Below, piece by piece: positions 47,946 through 55,945 of a stretch of 64,000 bases of DNA (the stretch's first letter is position 1; each line of letters opens with the position of its first letter). Source of the stretch: a virus (Duplodnaviria; Heunggongvirae; Uroviricota; Caudoviricetes); IMG/VR virus record IMGVR_UViG_3300027608_000017. One strand, given 5' to 3'. Under the pieces are notes generated by a model. The model was not told the DNA's origin, made no database searches, and was given only the letters and a program-made list of their open reading frames with translations. The position numbers and the translations under genes were made by a program.

Positions 47946-48154
47946 TCTACCGGCATCACTTCCGACCAAGTGATGTCACCGCCCGAGTTTGGAGCCTCGG
48001 TTGAGGAGATGAACACAGCCTGACGGTTGCCGAAATCGTCGTACTGGAAGCCTCGATAACGATTCTTGATGCCCCGCACTGGCAGGCGAACCGCTCCGGT
48101 GATTCGCAGGACCATCTCGAAGTCTTCTCGGCTGGATGTTGTGGTCATTTTCAT
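47933..48154 (-). CDS. hypothetical protein
   Basis: 73 aa; the proximal half of the conserved leader is present upstream. Confidence 0.45.
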   Translation of the reverse strand: MKMTTTSSREDFEMVLRITGAVRLPVRGIKNRYRGFQYDDFGNRQAVFISSTEAPNSGGDITWSEVMPVEISR

Positions 48155-48186
48155 GTTCCCTTGTTTGAGTTTCGTTGCGTGCGGAG

Positions 48187-48390
48187 TTACTCGCGAATAG
48201 TCGCGCCGAGTTTTTTGGCGTTGCGGTAGTAGTCGCCATTTCCAAACACGGCATCAGTGACATCGTCGTCATCCATGTCGGGATGCAGCGCCTGCACCTG
48301 TTCGCACAGTTCCACAAATTCTGCCAAATCAGCCTCGGTTGCTTCGTTGCCGAGATGCTCTGTGTCCATGTTGCGGAAGTCAGTCGTCAT
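48187..48390 (-). CDS. small highly acidic protein (67 aa)
   Basis: ATG 48390; the GTG extension in the ORF track is a translation of the conserved leader. Confidence 0.45.
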   Translation of the reverse strand: MTTDFRNMDTEHLGNEATEADLAEFVELCEQVQALHPDMDDDDVTDAVFGNGDYYRNAKKLGATIRE

Positions 48391-48470
48391 TTTCGTTCCC
48401 CGTTTGAGTGTCGTTTCCGTTGCCACCCAGTGATACCCACGGCCACTGAGTTGTTAGCGCGAAATCTGGC
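48391..48470 (-). promoter_or_regulatory. conserved promoter/leader element P2
   Basis: CGCGCTAACAAC-N16-TATCAC ... CTCAAACGGGGAACGAAAATG. Confidence 0.5.
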
Positions 48471-48491
48471 AGAAAATCGGTTAGTCCGAAA

Positions 48492-48800
48492 TCAGACGAA
48501 CCGATCAACCTGCGCGGCATCGAACCCGGCCCGCTTGGCGACGGCCCATGCGGCATCAATGGGCAGGTCCGTTTCCGTCGGCACGTCCGCATCGGGGTCG
48601 AACTCACCGCCGAGGGCTGCGATGGCGTCGATCATGGCTTGATTCGCGTCGTAGAAGTCGTGGGAGGCGCAGCAGCCCGAATACTCGGGCGTCAGGTTGT
48701 GCCGCCGAATCTCGGCCAACTCCTCGGGCTGACACCACTCACTGAGGATGCGGCTGAACTCGCGGGCCAGATCGACCGCCTCGATTGTTGTGTCCGTCAT
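48492..48800 (-). CDS. acidic hypothetical protein
   Basis: 102-aa ORF. Confidence 0.45.
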   Translation of the reverse strand: MTDTTIEAVDLAREFSRILSEWCQPEELAEIRRHNLTPEYSGCCASHDFYDANQAMIDAIAALGGEFDPDADVPTETDLPIDAAWAVAKRAGFDAAQVDRFV

Positions 48801-48803
48801 GAC

Positions 48804-49052
48804 TTACTCCATCAGTTGTTTGATTGTCTTCAGCGGCGCGACCACGCGCCACCGCTTGAGGCCATACGGCTCGACCACGCAGCGCAGATCGAAGCCGATG
48901 GCTGTCAGCCGCTCCATGTCTCGGCGAACGGTCTTGAAATCGCAGCCGCGAGCCGTGGCCATCTGCTCGATGGACTGGCCGCGCCCCCGTAGCAGCGCGA
49001 GGATCGTGAACAGTTGCCGCCAGTGTGCGGCGATAGTCGGTGCCTTGGGCAT
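48804..49052 (-). CDS. winged-helix HTH transcriptional regulator
   Basis: LFTILALLRGRGQSIEQMATARGCDFKTVRRDMERL. Confidence 0.5.
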   Translation of the reverse strand: MPKAPTIAAHWRQLFTILALLRGRGQSIEQMATARGCDFKTVRRDMERLTAIGFDLRCVVEPYGLKRWRVVAPLKTIKQLME

Positions 49053-49091
49053 TACTTGCGACTCCCGTAGTGAAGCGAACCGTTAGTTGTG

Positions 49092-49686
49092 TTACGCAGC
49101 GTCCGTCTCAGGGGACATCAGCACGTCGATGCTCGTATCACCGTTGCAGATACTGTAGATCGGGTCGCCGTCCGTGTAGTGAGGCTCGCCCTCGACGACA
49201 GCCTCGATCAGGATCGCCGCGGCGACGACAGTCTGCTCCGCAGTCAGGCCCATGTCGCGCGCCGATCCCGCGCGGTCGCAGTCCCACCATCCGGCTGACA
49301 TCCACTCGTCGGCCGAGTCGGCGTCGAAATCGGCATCCAGCCAGCCTTGTGCGGCGTCGCGAGCCACGCCGCCCGTGAATGCGTCGCCATGTCGGCTGAC
49401 GGCCGCGATCATCTCGATCAGGGACGCGGGGAGCAGCTCCTCCTCGTCGCCCGTCGTCTCCGGCAGCAGGCCGTTCCACGACTCGAACGGAGTCGGGCCG
49501 CCCTCGTCGATCTCACAGCGGGTGATCGAGAGCGTCAGGTCGCTGCGGTCGTAGGATCGGCAGTAGAGATATCCGTCGTCTGCGTGACAGTAGCTGATCT
49601 CGACCGTTTGTTCGCCATCCTGAGGGAGCATGTGGTAGGTCAGTTTTTCGGCCTGTTCCAGCGTCTTCGTGTTGCTCGTCATCATG
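49092..49686 (-). CDS. acidic hypothetical protein
   Basis: Start at tandem ATGs at 49686; ORF-track upstream extension rejected. Confidence 0.45.
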
Positions 49687-49715
49687 TTCGTGTTCCCTCG
49701 TTCGTGTTTCACTGG

Positions 49716-49739
49716 CCCGCCGCGATGTTGCGGCGGGCT
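49716..49739. other. perfect hairpin GCCCGCCGC-GATGTT-GCGGCGGGC (copy 1)
   Basis: 9-bp GC stem, 6-nt loop; identical copy at 49965. Confidence 0.8.
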
Positions 49740-49753
49740 GCTTGGTTGGTCAC

Positions 49754-49936
49754 TCAGTACGTCACCCATCCGACGTGGGGGATCAGCACAGCGCACAGCT
49801 TGTTGCTGTATTGCACCCACCCGACGTTTCGCACGAGGAAGAACCCGTCACCGTTGTCGTTTGTGGTGTGCATCCCGTCGATGATGTACTTGCCGTTCTG
49901 AGTCGTGGTTGGCGTTTCGAGCATCGTCTTCGTCAT
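49754..49936 (-). CDS. small hypothetical protein
   Basis: 60 aa, leader ...CACGAACAAGGGGAACGAAAATG. Confidence 0.35.
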   Translation of the reverse strand: MTKTMLETPTTTQNGKYIIDGMHTTNDNGDGFFLVRNVGWVQYSNKLCAVLIPHVGWVTY

Positions 49937-49964
49937 TTTCGTTCCCCTTGTTCGTGTGTCACTG

Positions 49965-49988
49965 GCCCGCCGCGATGTTGCGGCGGGC
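49965..49988. other. perfect hairpin GCCCGCCGC-GATGTT-GCGGCGGGC (copy 2)
   Basis: Identical to the copy at 49716; followed by TTTGGTT on the plus strand. Confidence 0.8.
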
Positions 49989-49997
49989 TTTGGTTCT

Positions 49998-50255
49998 TCA
50001 CTCCGTCGTGACGTGAATCACGTCGCGGTCGTGTTCGACGCTGATGATTGTCCCGAGTACAAATTCTGAACACTCCTCAGTGATTTCATGTGAGTCAGTG
50101 CCTGATGCAATGACCGATGTTGTGTAGACGGTCCCTACGTTGTTTCCGTCTTCGTCCGTAACCACGAGTCCGGGTCGCGTTGGATGTTCCATATTTGAGA
50201 TCGTGTAGCTCATCATTTTCGTGTCCCTGTTTGTGTTTCGTTCGTCCGATGGCAC
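49998..50255 (-). CDS. hypothetical protein
   Basis: 85-aa ORF. Confidence 0.4.
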   Translation of the reverse strand: MPSDERNTNRDTKMMSYTISNMEHPTRPGLVVTDEDGNNVGTVYTTSVIASGTDSHEITEECSEFVLGTIISVEHDRDVIHVTTE

Positions 50256-50279
50256 GTGATATTCGCCAAAGTCGGCTTG

Positions 50280-50621
50280 TCAGCGCGGAATATGCACCCC
50301 GCAAGACAATTCGCAGTCGCTCATGTCGTGGTAGCCGAGCGGTCCCGACTTGCGATTCAAATGCCCGAGGCCGACGAGGTAATCAATGGCATCGGACAAC
50401 TCGCCCCGCGTTGGCTTCCATCCGAATGGAGCGAACGCCTTGACCAGATCGCCGCGCTTGATTGTCCCGCCAGCACAGCGGACACCGATCATCACAGTGC
50501 GGGCCAGCTTGCGAACGGCCAGCCGAGCGGATTCGATTTGTTCTTGAGTCATGGTCACGTTCCTTTGGGTTTTGTCGGAGATGATTCGGAATCCGTTGAG
50601 TTGTGAGTCTGTCATTTTCAT
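50280..50621 (-). CDS. hypothetical protein
   Basis: ATG-AAA-ATG start at 50621; leader identical to P1/P2. Confidence 0.45.
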   Translation of the reverse strand: MKMTDSQLNGFRIISDKTQRNVTMTQEQIESARLAVRKLARTVMIGVRCAGGTIKRGDLVKAFAPFGWKPTRGELSDAIDYLVGLGHLNRKSGPLGYHDMSDCELSCGVHIPR

Positions 50622-50695
50622 GTTCCCGCGTTTGAGTTTCGTTTCCGTTGCCACCCAGTGATACCCGCCGCCACCGCGTTGTTAGCGCGAAATCG
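50622..50695 (-). promoter_or_regulatory. conserved promoter/leader element P3
   Basis: CGCGCTAACAACGCGGTGGCGGCGGGTATCACTGGGTGGCAACGGAAACGAAACTCAAACGCGGGAACATGAAAATG. Confidence 0.5.
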
Positions 50696-51014
50696 CTTCG
50701 GTTTCTTCGAGCATCGAGAGCATCCCGCGAACATTGTCGAGTTCAGCGGAGATGGCATCACGGATCGCCACGGCTGCACCCTTGGAACCGTTGCCGTCAG
50801 ACGCTTCCGCAGCGACAGCCTCAGCACGCTCCCGTGTGTAGCTGTTGGCCATCGGCAGACCCCGCACGCTCACGCCCTCGTCCTGTGTGTAGCGAATGAA
50901 TCCGCCGGGGAGTTGCACCACGTAGTTGCAGTCCACAACCGCCGAGGCGTAGGAGTCACGCATCCGCAGGAGATCGTTCAGGGAGTTGTTCAGAGTGGAT
51001 TGGATGTTGTGCAT
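50682..51014 (-). CDS. hypothetical protein
   Basis: 110-aa ORF. Confidence 0.45.
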   Translation of the reverse strand: MHNIQSTLNNSLNDLLRMRDSYASAVVDCNYVVQLPGGFIRYTQDEGVSVRGLPMANSYTRERAEAVAAEASDGNGSKGAAVAIRDAISAELDNVRGMLSMLEETEAISR

Positions 51015-51095
51015 GATTCGTCCTATTTATTCCGCAACCGCGAAGTGCGATTGACTGCCGAACTATACATGTCCCGCCACAGTTGTTAGCGCGGT
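51015..51095 (-). promoter_or_regulatory. conserved promoter element P4 (CTAACA-N16-TATAGT)
   Basis: CGCGCTAACAACTGTGGCGGGACATGTATAGTTCGGCAGTCAATCGCACTTCGCGG; the downstream part matches P5. Confidence 0.5.
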
Positions 51096-51221
51096 TTCTG
51101 GGGGAAAACGCGGAATGCCGGATTCTCAAAAATCGTGATATTTTGCGACCTGACAGCCGCTGACTGGCGAGTAGAGTGTGACGGGACAAGACTGGATGAC
51201 ACGCTAGCACGGGGAACGCAA

Positions 51222-51458
51222 ATGACGAGTCAGAACACGGTGAGCCTGCCAACGATCCGCCGCCAAGCGGAGTCGGTCAGCCCGCACGGTTGGTACGTGA
51301 TCCTGAGTGACGATATCAATCGTTGGAGCAAGACGACTGGCGTCTACGCCACGATTGAGCAGTGCTACGTCGAGGCGAGACAGATCGTGGCGAGGCAATT
51401 CCAGATCCCAGCAGACGCGAGGATCGTCGATTTCCACGGTGAGTGGCCAGTTGCATGA
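51222..51458 (+). CDS. hypothetical protein
   Basis: Internal ATG (MTSQNTV) of ORF 51135..51458. Confidence 0.35.
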   Translation: MTSQNTVSLPTIRRQAESVSPHGWYVILSDDINRWSKTTGVYATIEQCYVEARQIVARQFQIPADARIVDFHGEWPVA

Positions 51459-51778
51459 ACCACCAGCCCCACTGCAATCTCTCAGCGGGGCGTAACAGGA
51501 GTAAGGCCGTGATAAAGCGAGTGACAGGGGCGATTTTACTGGCGGCGATGTGTGGCTGTGGAGGAACCTCCGAGGACCGCGCTGCCCTAGACATCGTTGA
51601 GCAACGCGAGAAGCAGGAACGCATCGCAGCTAAGGTGGCAGCGATTGAGGCCGACAAACGAGCGACGGAGAAGGCCAAACGAGCGGCAATGGAATCTGCC
51701 AAGACCCCGGAACAACGTGCAGCCGAGAGGGCGTTGCGTTTTCCGGAACTGCCAACGTCGGACGGACCCGGATTCTGA
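51443..51778 (+). CDS. putative lipoprotein, Ala/Lys/Glu-rich
   Basis: Signal peptide ...GAILLAAMCGCGG. Confidence 0.4.
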   Translation: MASCMNHQPHCNLSAGRNRSKAVIKRVTGAILLAAMCGCGGTSEDRAALDIVEQREKQERIAAKVAAIEADKRATEKAKRAAMESAKTPEQRAAERALRFPELPTSDGPGF

Positions 51779-51795
51779 AAGCGAGAAATACTCAG

Positions 51796-52002
51796 ATGAA
51801 GACGACCGCAACCAAATGCCGCAACGGGAACGCAGTCGAATCGTGGTACGACCGCTCCTGTCGGTCATGGGTCGTGCGTACCGTTGACGCTGACGGAAAC
51901 CAACTCGGAGACGCGGCCTATGTTGGGACGCGCGCTGGGATGGACCGCGCCAGAGAGAGCGCGATCACACAGGGCAACACATTCAAGGGGGAGTTCAAGT
52001 GA
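51796..52002 (+). CDS. hypothetical protein
   Basis: 68-aa ORF. Confidence 0.35.
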   Translation: MKTTATKCRNGNAVESWYDRSCRSWVVRTVDADGNQLGDAAYVGTRAGMDRARESAITQGNTFKGEFK

Positions 52003-52610
52003 AGAAGCAAATGATCAACGACTACGAATGCACCGTCAGCTATCTCGCCTGCGAGGACGGTAGCTATGTCTGCCAGATCACATCCGTGTCAGGCGCGTCC
52101 GGATGGGACGGCATAGGCCCTCCGCGACAAGAGTTCGCATGGGAAGCCACAGGCCCGAGCCGCAAGATCGCTCGGGCGGCTGCGGAATCGGCGATGCTGG
52201 CCAGCGGCAGGATCGAGGAGGAGCGGGAACTGATCCGATTGTTCAGTGAAGACGACTACGAAATCGCCGACGCGCTGTTCACGTTTTTCGAGAACCACGG
52301 CCCCGGTGACTGCTGGATCGGCCTCGGTGATGAGGCCGCTCGACTGCACAAACTTCTGGAGGAGAGAACAGGCGAGTCAGTGACGCTCTATGAAATCGGA
52401 GCGATTGCGGGCGCAGTAGCGGCCGAGGCGTACAATCGCGGGTTGCTCAACGCAGCGCGATACCTCGGCGTCCCCGCAGATGACTTGGTGTTCGGGGTGT
52501 CCGAACTGCTCGATGGCGACAGGGAGCCGCTCACTGGCATTACGATCCCGGTATGGACTGGCGAGGCGCTCGATTCTGAGGAACTTGCCGGAATCCCCGA
52601 AAAGAGTTGA
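51999..52610 (+). CDS. hypothetical protein
   Basis: 203 aa, ATGA-like overlap with the upstream gene. Confidence 0.45.
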   Translation: MKKQMINDYECTVSYLACEDGSYVCQITSVSGASGWDGIGPPRQEFAWEATGPSRKIARAAAESAMLASGRIEEERELIRLFSEDDYEIADALFTFFENHGPGDCWIGLGDEAARLHKLLEERTGESVTLYEIGAIAGAVAAEAYNRGLLNAARYLGVPADDLVFGVSELLDGDREPLTGITIPVWTGEALDSEELAGIPEKS

Positions 52611-52668
52611 ACTCGACTCACCGGCGACCGTAGTGGTTTCAGGCGAACGAAACGAAACCACGCGGAGC

Positions 52669-53052
52669 ATGACCTTGAACGACGAGCCATTGACGATCGA
52701 CTACTCGGACTTCGTGCGGCGACTCGCAAAACCGGGTCAGGACATCCTCGCCGGGATGACACCCGAGCAGGCCAACCTGATGCACATGGCCATCGGGATT
52801 GCCGAGGAGGCCGGGGAGCTACTCGGCGCGATCAAGAAACACGTCATCTACGGCAAGCCTCTGGATGTGGCCAACGTGATCGAGGAGCTAGGCGACCTAT
52901 TTTTCTACATTGAGGGCATGAGCCAAGCTGTTGGCGTCTCGCGCAACCACGTCCTCCAGCAGAACGTCGCTAAGCTCGCCGTGCGCTACGAATCACTCCA
53001 GTACAGCGATCAGGCAGCAGCCGCACGGGCGGACAAGGCAGGTGAATCATGA
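52669..53052 (+). CDS. MazG-like nucleotide pyrophosphohydrolase
   Basis: AIGIAEEAGELLGAIKKH...VIEELGDLFFYIEGM. Confidence 0.7.
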   Translation: MTLNDEPLTIDYSDFVRRLAKPGQDILAGMTPEQANLMHMAIGIAEEAGELLGAIKKHVIYGKPLDVANVIEELGDLFFYIEGMSQAVGVSRNHVLQQNVAKLAVRYESLQYSDQAAAARADKAGES

Positions 53053-53474
53053 CGACAATCAATCCGATGAGCCAAGGAGCTGTTCACACGCCGGGACCGT
53101 GGGAATGTGAGAAAGATCACGATGAACCGTTCACGGAAATTGGAGAACCGATTGCCATCGTTGGCGGGGAAGAAACCGGCGAAGGAGTCCGATTCGTTAT
53201 CGGCCGAACATGCGACTTCGGCCCACACGGCGACAGGCAGACAGCGGCGAACGCTCGTCTGATCGCAGCCGCTCCTGACCTGCTGGCCGCATGTGAGGCG
53301 GCGATGCGGATAGCAATCCTGTGGTGCCCGGAGTCGTGCAGCGATCCTCTCCACATGGAGGAGCTTGCCGTTCTCGGGGCGCTAAAAGAGAAGATCAAGA
53401 CTGCAATCGAGAAGGCTACGAACAGATTCTGTTTGTCCGAATTCGGACGAACAGAAAAAGTGAATACGGCCTGA
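53049..53474 (+). CDS. hypothetical protein
   Basis: 141 aa, ATGA overlap with MazG. Confidence 0.45.
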   Translation: MTTINPMSQGAVHTPGPWECEKDHDEPFTEIGEPIAIVGGEETGEGVRFVIGRTCDFGPHGDRQTAANARLIAAAPDLLAACEAAMRIAILWCPESCSDPLHMEELAVLGALKEKIKTAIEKATNRFCLSEFGRTEKVNTA

Positions 53475-53745
53475 TTGCCCAAGTCGTTGGTTTGTATGAC
53501 TTTGTGGCCAACGGCACACGAAAAGACGCAAGTCGTTGGTCTATATGGCTTCACGTCGAAAAAGCGGAGAAAATTCGTCCCGTCGGACTTTCCCTTCCCT
53601 ACAGGGAAGAGAATCGGGCAACACAACGGCAGGGAATCGGGAAGGGGATTGGAAGAGAATCAGGAAGAAGAACGGAAGAAGAACGGACTTCATTGCCAGT
53701 GTGCTGGCGTGACGCGGGGATGTTTACTCAAACGGGGAGATAGTG
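53475..53745. other. 270-bp noncoding region with 23-bp imperfect direct repeats and a 100-bp purine (GA) tract
   Basis: CAAGTCGTTGGTTTGTATGACTT / CAAGTCGTTGGTCTATATGGCTT 49 bp apart; GGGAAGAGAATCGGG...GGAAGAAGAACGGAAGAAGAACGGA. Confidence 0.5.
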
Positions 53746-54366
53746 ATGCGTGCATTGTTGCTGTCGGTTGCGTTGCTGTGCGGGACATCATTCGGCGCGG
53801 ACGAGGTGCCCGCCAACGTGGCCGCATTCAAGGAGCGGTGCGAGGCGGCGAAGGTGAAGAATGTCGCGAGAATTGAGAAAGACTACGACGACGCCAAGTC
53901 GGCGGTGAAGGCCGCGACATCCAGCACCGAGAAGGCCAAGAGGGTCAAGAACCTCAAGGCGGCTCTGGAGAAAGTGAAGGAGGCCGAGGCGGAACCGTGG
54001 CACGCACAGCGGACTCAGATCGACACCGCGACGGCGGGCAGCATCGGCGAGTTCTTCACGTCGGGCTACAACCACTCGCGGATCGGGGTCTATTTTCACG
54101 CCGACAAGGTGACGGCCGACAAAGTCACGGGCTACATCGTGCATGACGGAGCGACGCCGAAGCTGCTCGTGCGCGCTGGGGGGGCAGTCGCGAACAATGT
54201 CTACTCCGAACCGGGGAAGGGTTCAAAACAGCCCGCCACGATCCTCGGCGGAACGGGGTTCACCGAGGGGAAGCAGGTGGTGATCAAGGGTCGCTACGAA
54301 GTGGTCACGACCAAGCCGCTCACGTTGAAGCCGTTCGACGTTGAACCGTTCCAGTCGCTCAAGTGA
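53743..54366 (+). CDS. secreted protein (signal peptide)
   Basis: MMRALLLSVALLCGTSFGADE. Confidence 0.5.
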   Translation: MMRALLLSVALLCGTSFGADEVPANVAAFKERCEAAKVKNVARIEKDYDDAKSAVKAATSSTEKAKRVKNLKAALEKVKEAEAEPWHAQRTQIDTATAGSIGEFFTSGYNHSRIGVYFHADKVTADKVTGYIVHDGATPKLLVRAGGAVANNVYSEPGKGSKQPATILGGTGFTEGKQVVIKGRYEVVTTKPLTLKPFDVEPFQSLK

Positions 54367-54488
54367 TTGGGATCTCGCCGCGTTGGATGACTGGTGTTGA
54401 GTGAACTCAAGTCGGCCCCGTTGCGGAAGTAGTCCGCATGGGTGGTGGCGTTGGAAGCGGTTGTTGGCAAGTAAAGAGAAAGGCAAAG

Positions 54489-54761
54489 ATGGCTAAGCGA
54501 ACCCCGTTTGCGGTACACGATTCGACGCTATTTGTGAAAGCAAAGTATTCCGGAATTCACCACCTGGTGATCATGTGTGATGGACTCCCGGTGACGTTTT
54601 TCGGCGAGGAGAAAACAGATTACATGAAAGTCTCCGAGGTGATCGAGTGGCACGAAAAAGAGCTGGCCGAAAGTGGCGGACAGAGCGGCGACAGGGGAGT
54701 TCTGGAGGCGTTGCAGGTCGCGATGGAAAAGTTCCAAGCTGGATCGTGCGTGGAAGCCTAG
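54489..54761 (+). CDS. hypothetical protein
   Basis: ATG 54489 (MAKRTPF). Confidence 0.4.
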   Translation: MAKRTPFAVHDSTLFVKAKYSGIHHLVIMCDGLPVTFFGEEKTDYMKVSEVIEWHEKELAESGGQSGDRGVLEALQVAMEKFQAGSCVEA

Positions 54762-54862
54762 TTGCGGTCCTGTTGTTCACCGGTTGGGCATGGCAAGATG
54801 CTGCATGTGCATGTGCCAATTACCACGGCGAGTTCGGCTGCGGGTCGTGACGGAGTGAATGG

Positions 54863-55195
54863 TTGTTGTTTAAGGGGCAGGAAATGAAGCTGATTGAAAA
54901 CAGAATCGCAGACGAGGATACGCATCAGGAACTTCTGAGGGCGGAGCCGCACGGGAAACTATGCAGGGGCAAACTGTGCGGGGATTTGTTGTTGTTCTGG
55001 CCAGAGGCAGAGGATAGCGATAACGTCGCGGCCTATCGTTTCCGTGTCGCAGACATTGTTGACGACTGGATCAACAGCAATGTCGGCGGAGGGACGCGAC
55101 AGTTCCACGGGGCCGACAAAAATAAAGCCAAGATGCTGATTAAAGACTTGGAGTCGATGATTCAGCGAATCAGAGACGCCATGCCGGGTGACTGA
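54863..55195 (+). CDS. hypothetical protein
   Basis: 110-aa ORF. Confidence 0.4.
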   Translation: MLFKGQEMKLIENRIADEDTHQELLRAEPHGKLCRGKLCGDLLLFWPEAEDSDNVAAYRFRVADIVDDWINSNVGGGTRQFHGADKNKAKMLIKDLESMIQRIRDAMPGD

Positions 55196-55328
55196 GTAAA
55201 TTTTACTAGGGGGTGTTCTGTGAATCACTACGCTTGAGCCGTTCAATCACCTTGAGATCGGTTAGCCAACACAACCACCCCACCCCCCTTGACAGCCAGC
55301 ATCCGTATAGTGAACATCTGTCCAGTAC

Positions 55329-55940
55329 ATGCAGTGTTCACTCATACCGGGGTCGATCAAAGTCATGGGAAGCCACCACAACAACAAGGGTCGCAATAAG
55401 GGTCAGGAATTAGCCGCGCCCGAAGCCCCCGAAGTGTTGACGGACCCGAACAGGACCAGATCAGATTGCCGTCTTGCCGCGCGGGCCATCAAGGAGCGCT
55501 GGGCCGTCAGCCCCACGGCGAAGACCGCCATCGTTGAGCGGCTGACTGAGATCGTGGAGAAGCGCTCCGTCACGGTCACGAGCCGCGAGGGCAATGTGGA
55601 AGAGTGCGAGGACACGGCGGACATGCACGCGATTGCGGCCTCCCGCGTCTTGGTGGCGATCGTCGGCCAGAATCAGGCTGACGAACACTTGCAGCTCAAG
55701 GCCGAGATGGCGGAAGACAGTGCCAAGTCGTCGGGCGACACGTACAACATCGGCGTCGTCGGCTCGATGATGCACGGGGGCGAGCCGGTGAGCATCGACC
55801 AAGCGCGGGCGCAGGCCATTGAGGCTGTCGCCAAGCTGATGGACCGCACCACGACTCCAGATCGCGTCCCCCCCGCTCAAGCCGCATCCCCGCAGACGGA
55901 TTCGCTGGAACGGCACGGGGCTGGGCTGGAGGACATCTAG
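55329..55940 (+). CDS. possible terminase small subunit (positional call only)
   Basis: Directly upstream of the TerL gene; no recognised motif. Confidence 0.3.
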   Translation: MQCSLIPGSIKVMGSHHNNKGRNKGQELAAPEAPEVLTDPNRTRSDCRLAARAIKERWAVSPTAKTAIVERLTEIVEKRSVTVTSREGNVEECEDTADMHAIAASRVLVAIVGQNQADEHLQLKAEMAEDSAKSSGDTYNIGVVGSMMHGGEPVSIDQARAQAIEAVAKLMDRTTTPDRVPPAQAASPQTDSLERHGAGLEDI

Positions 55941-55945
55941 CCCAG

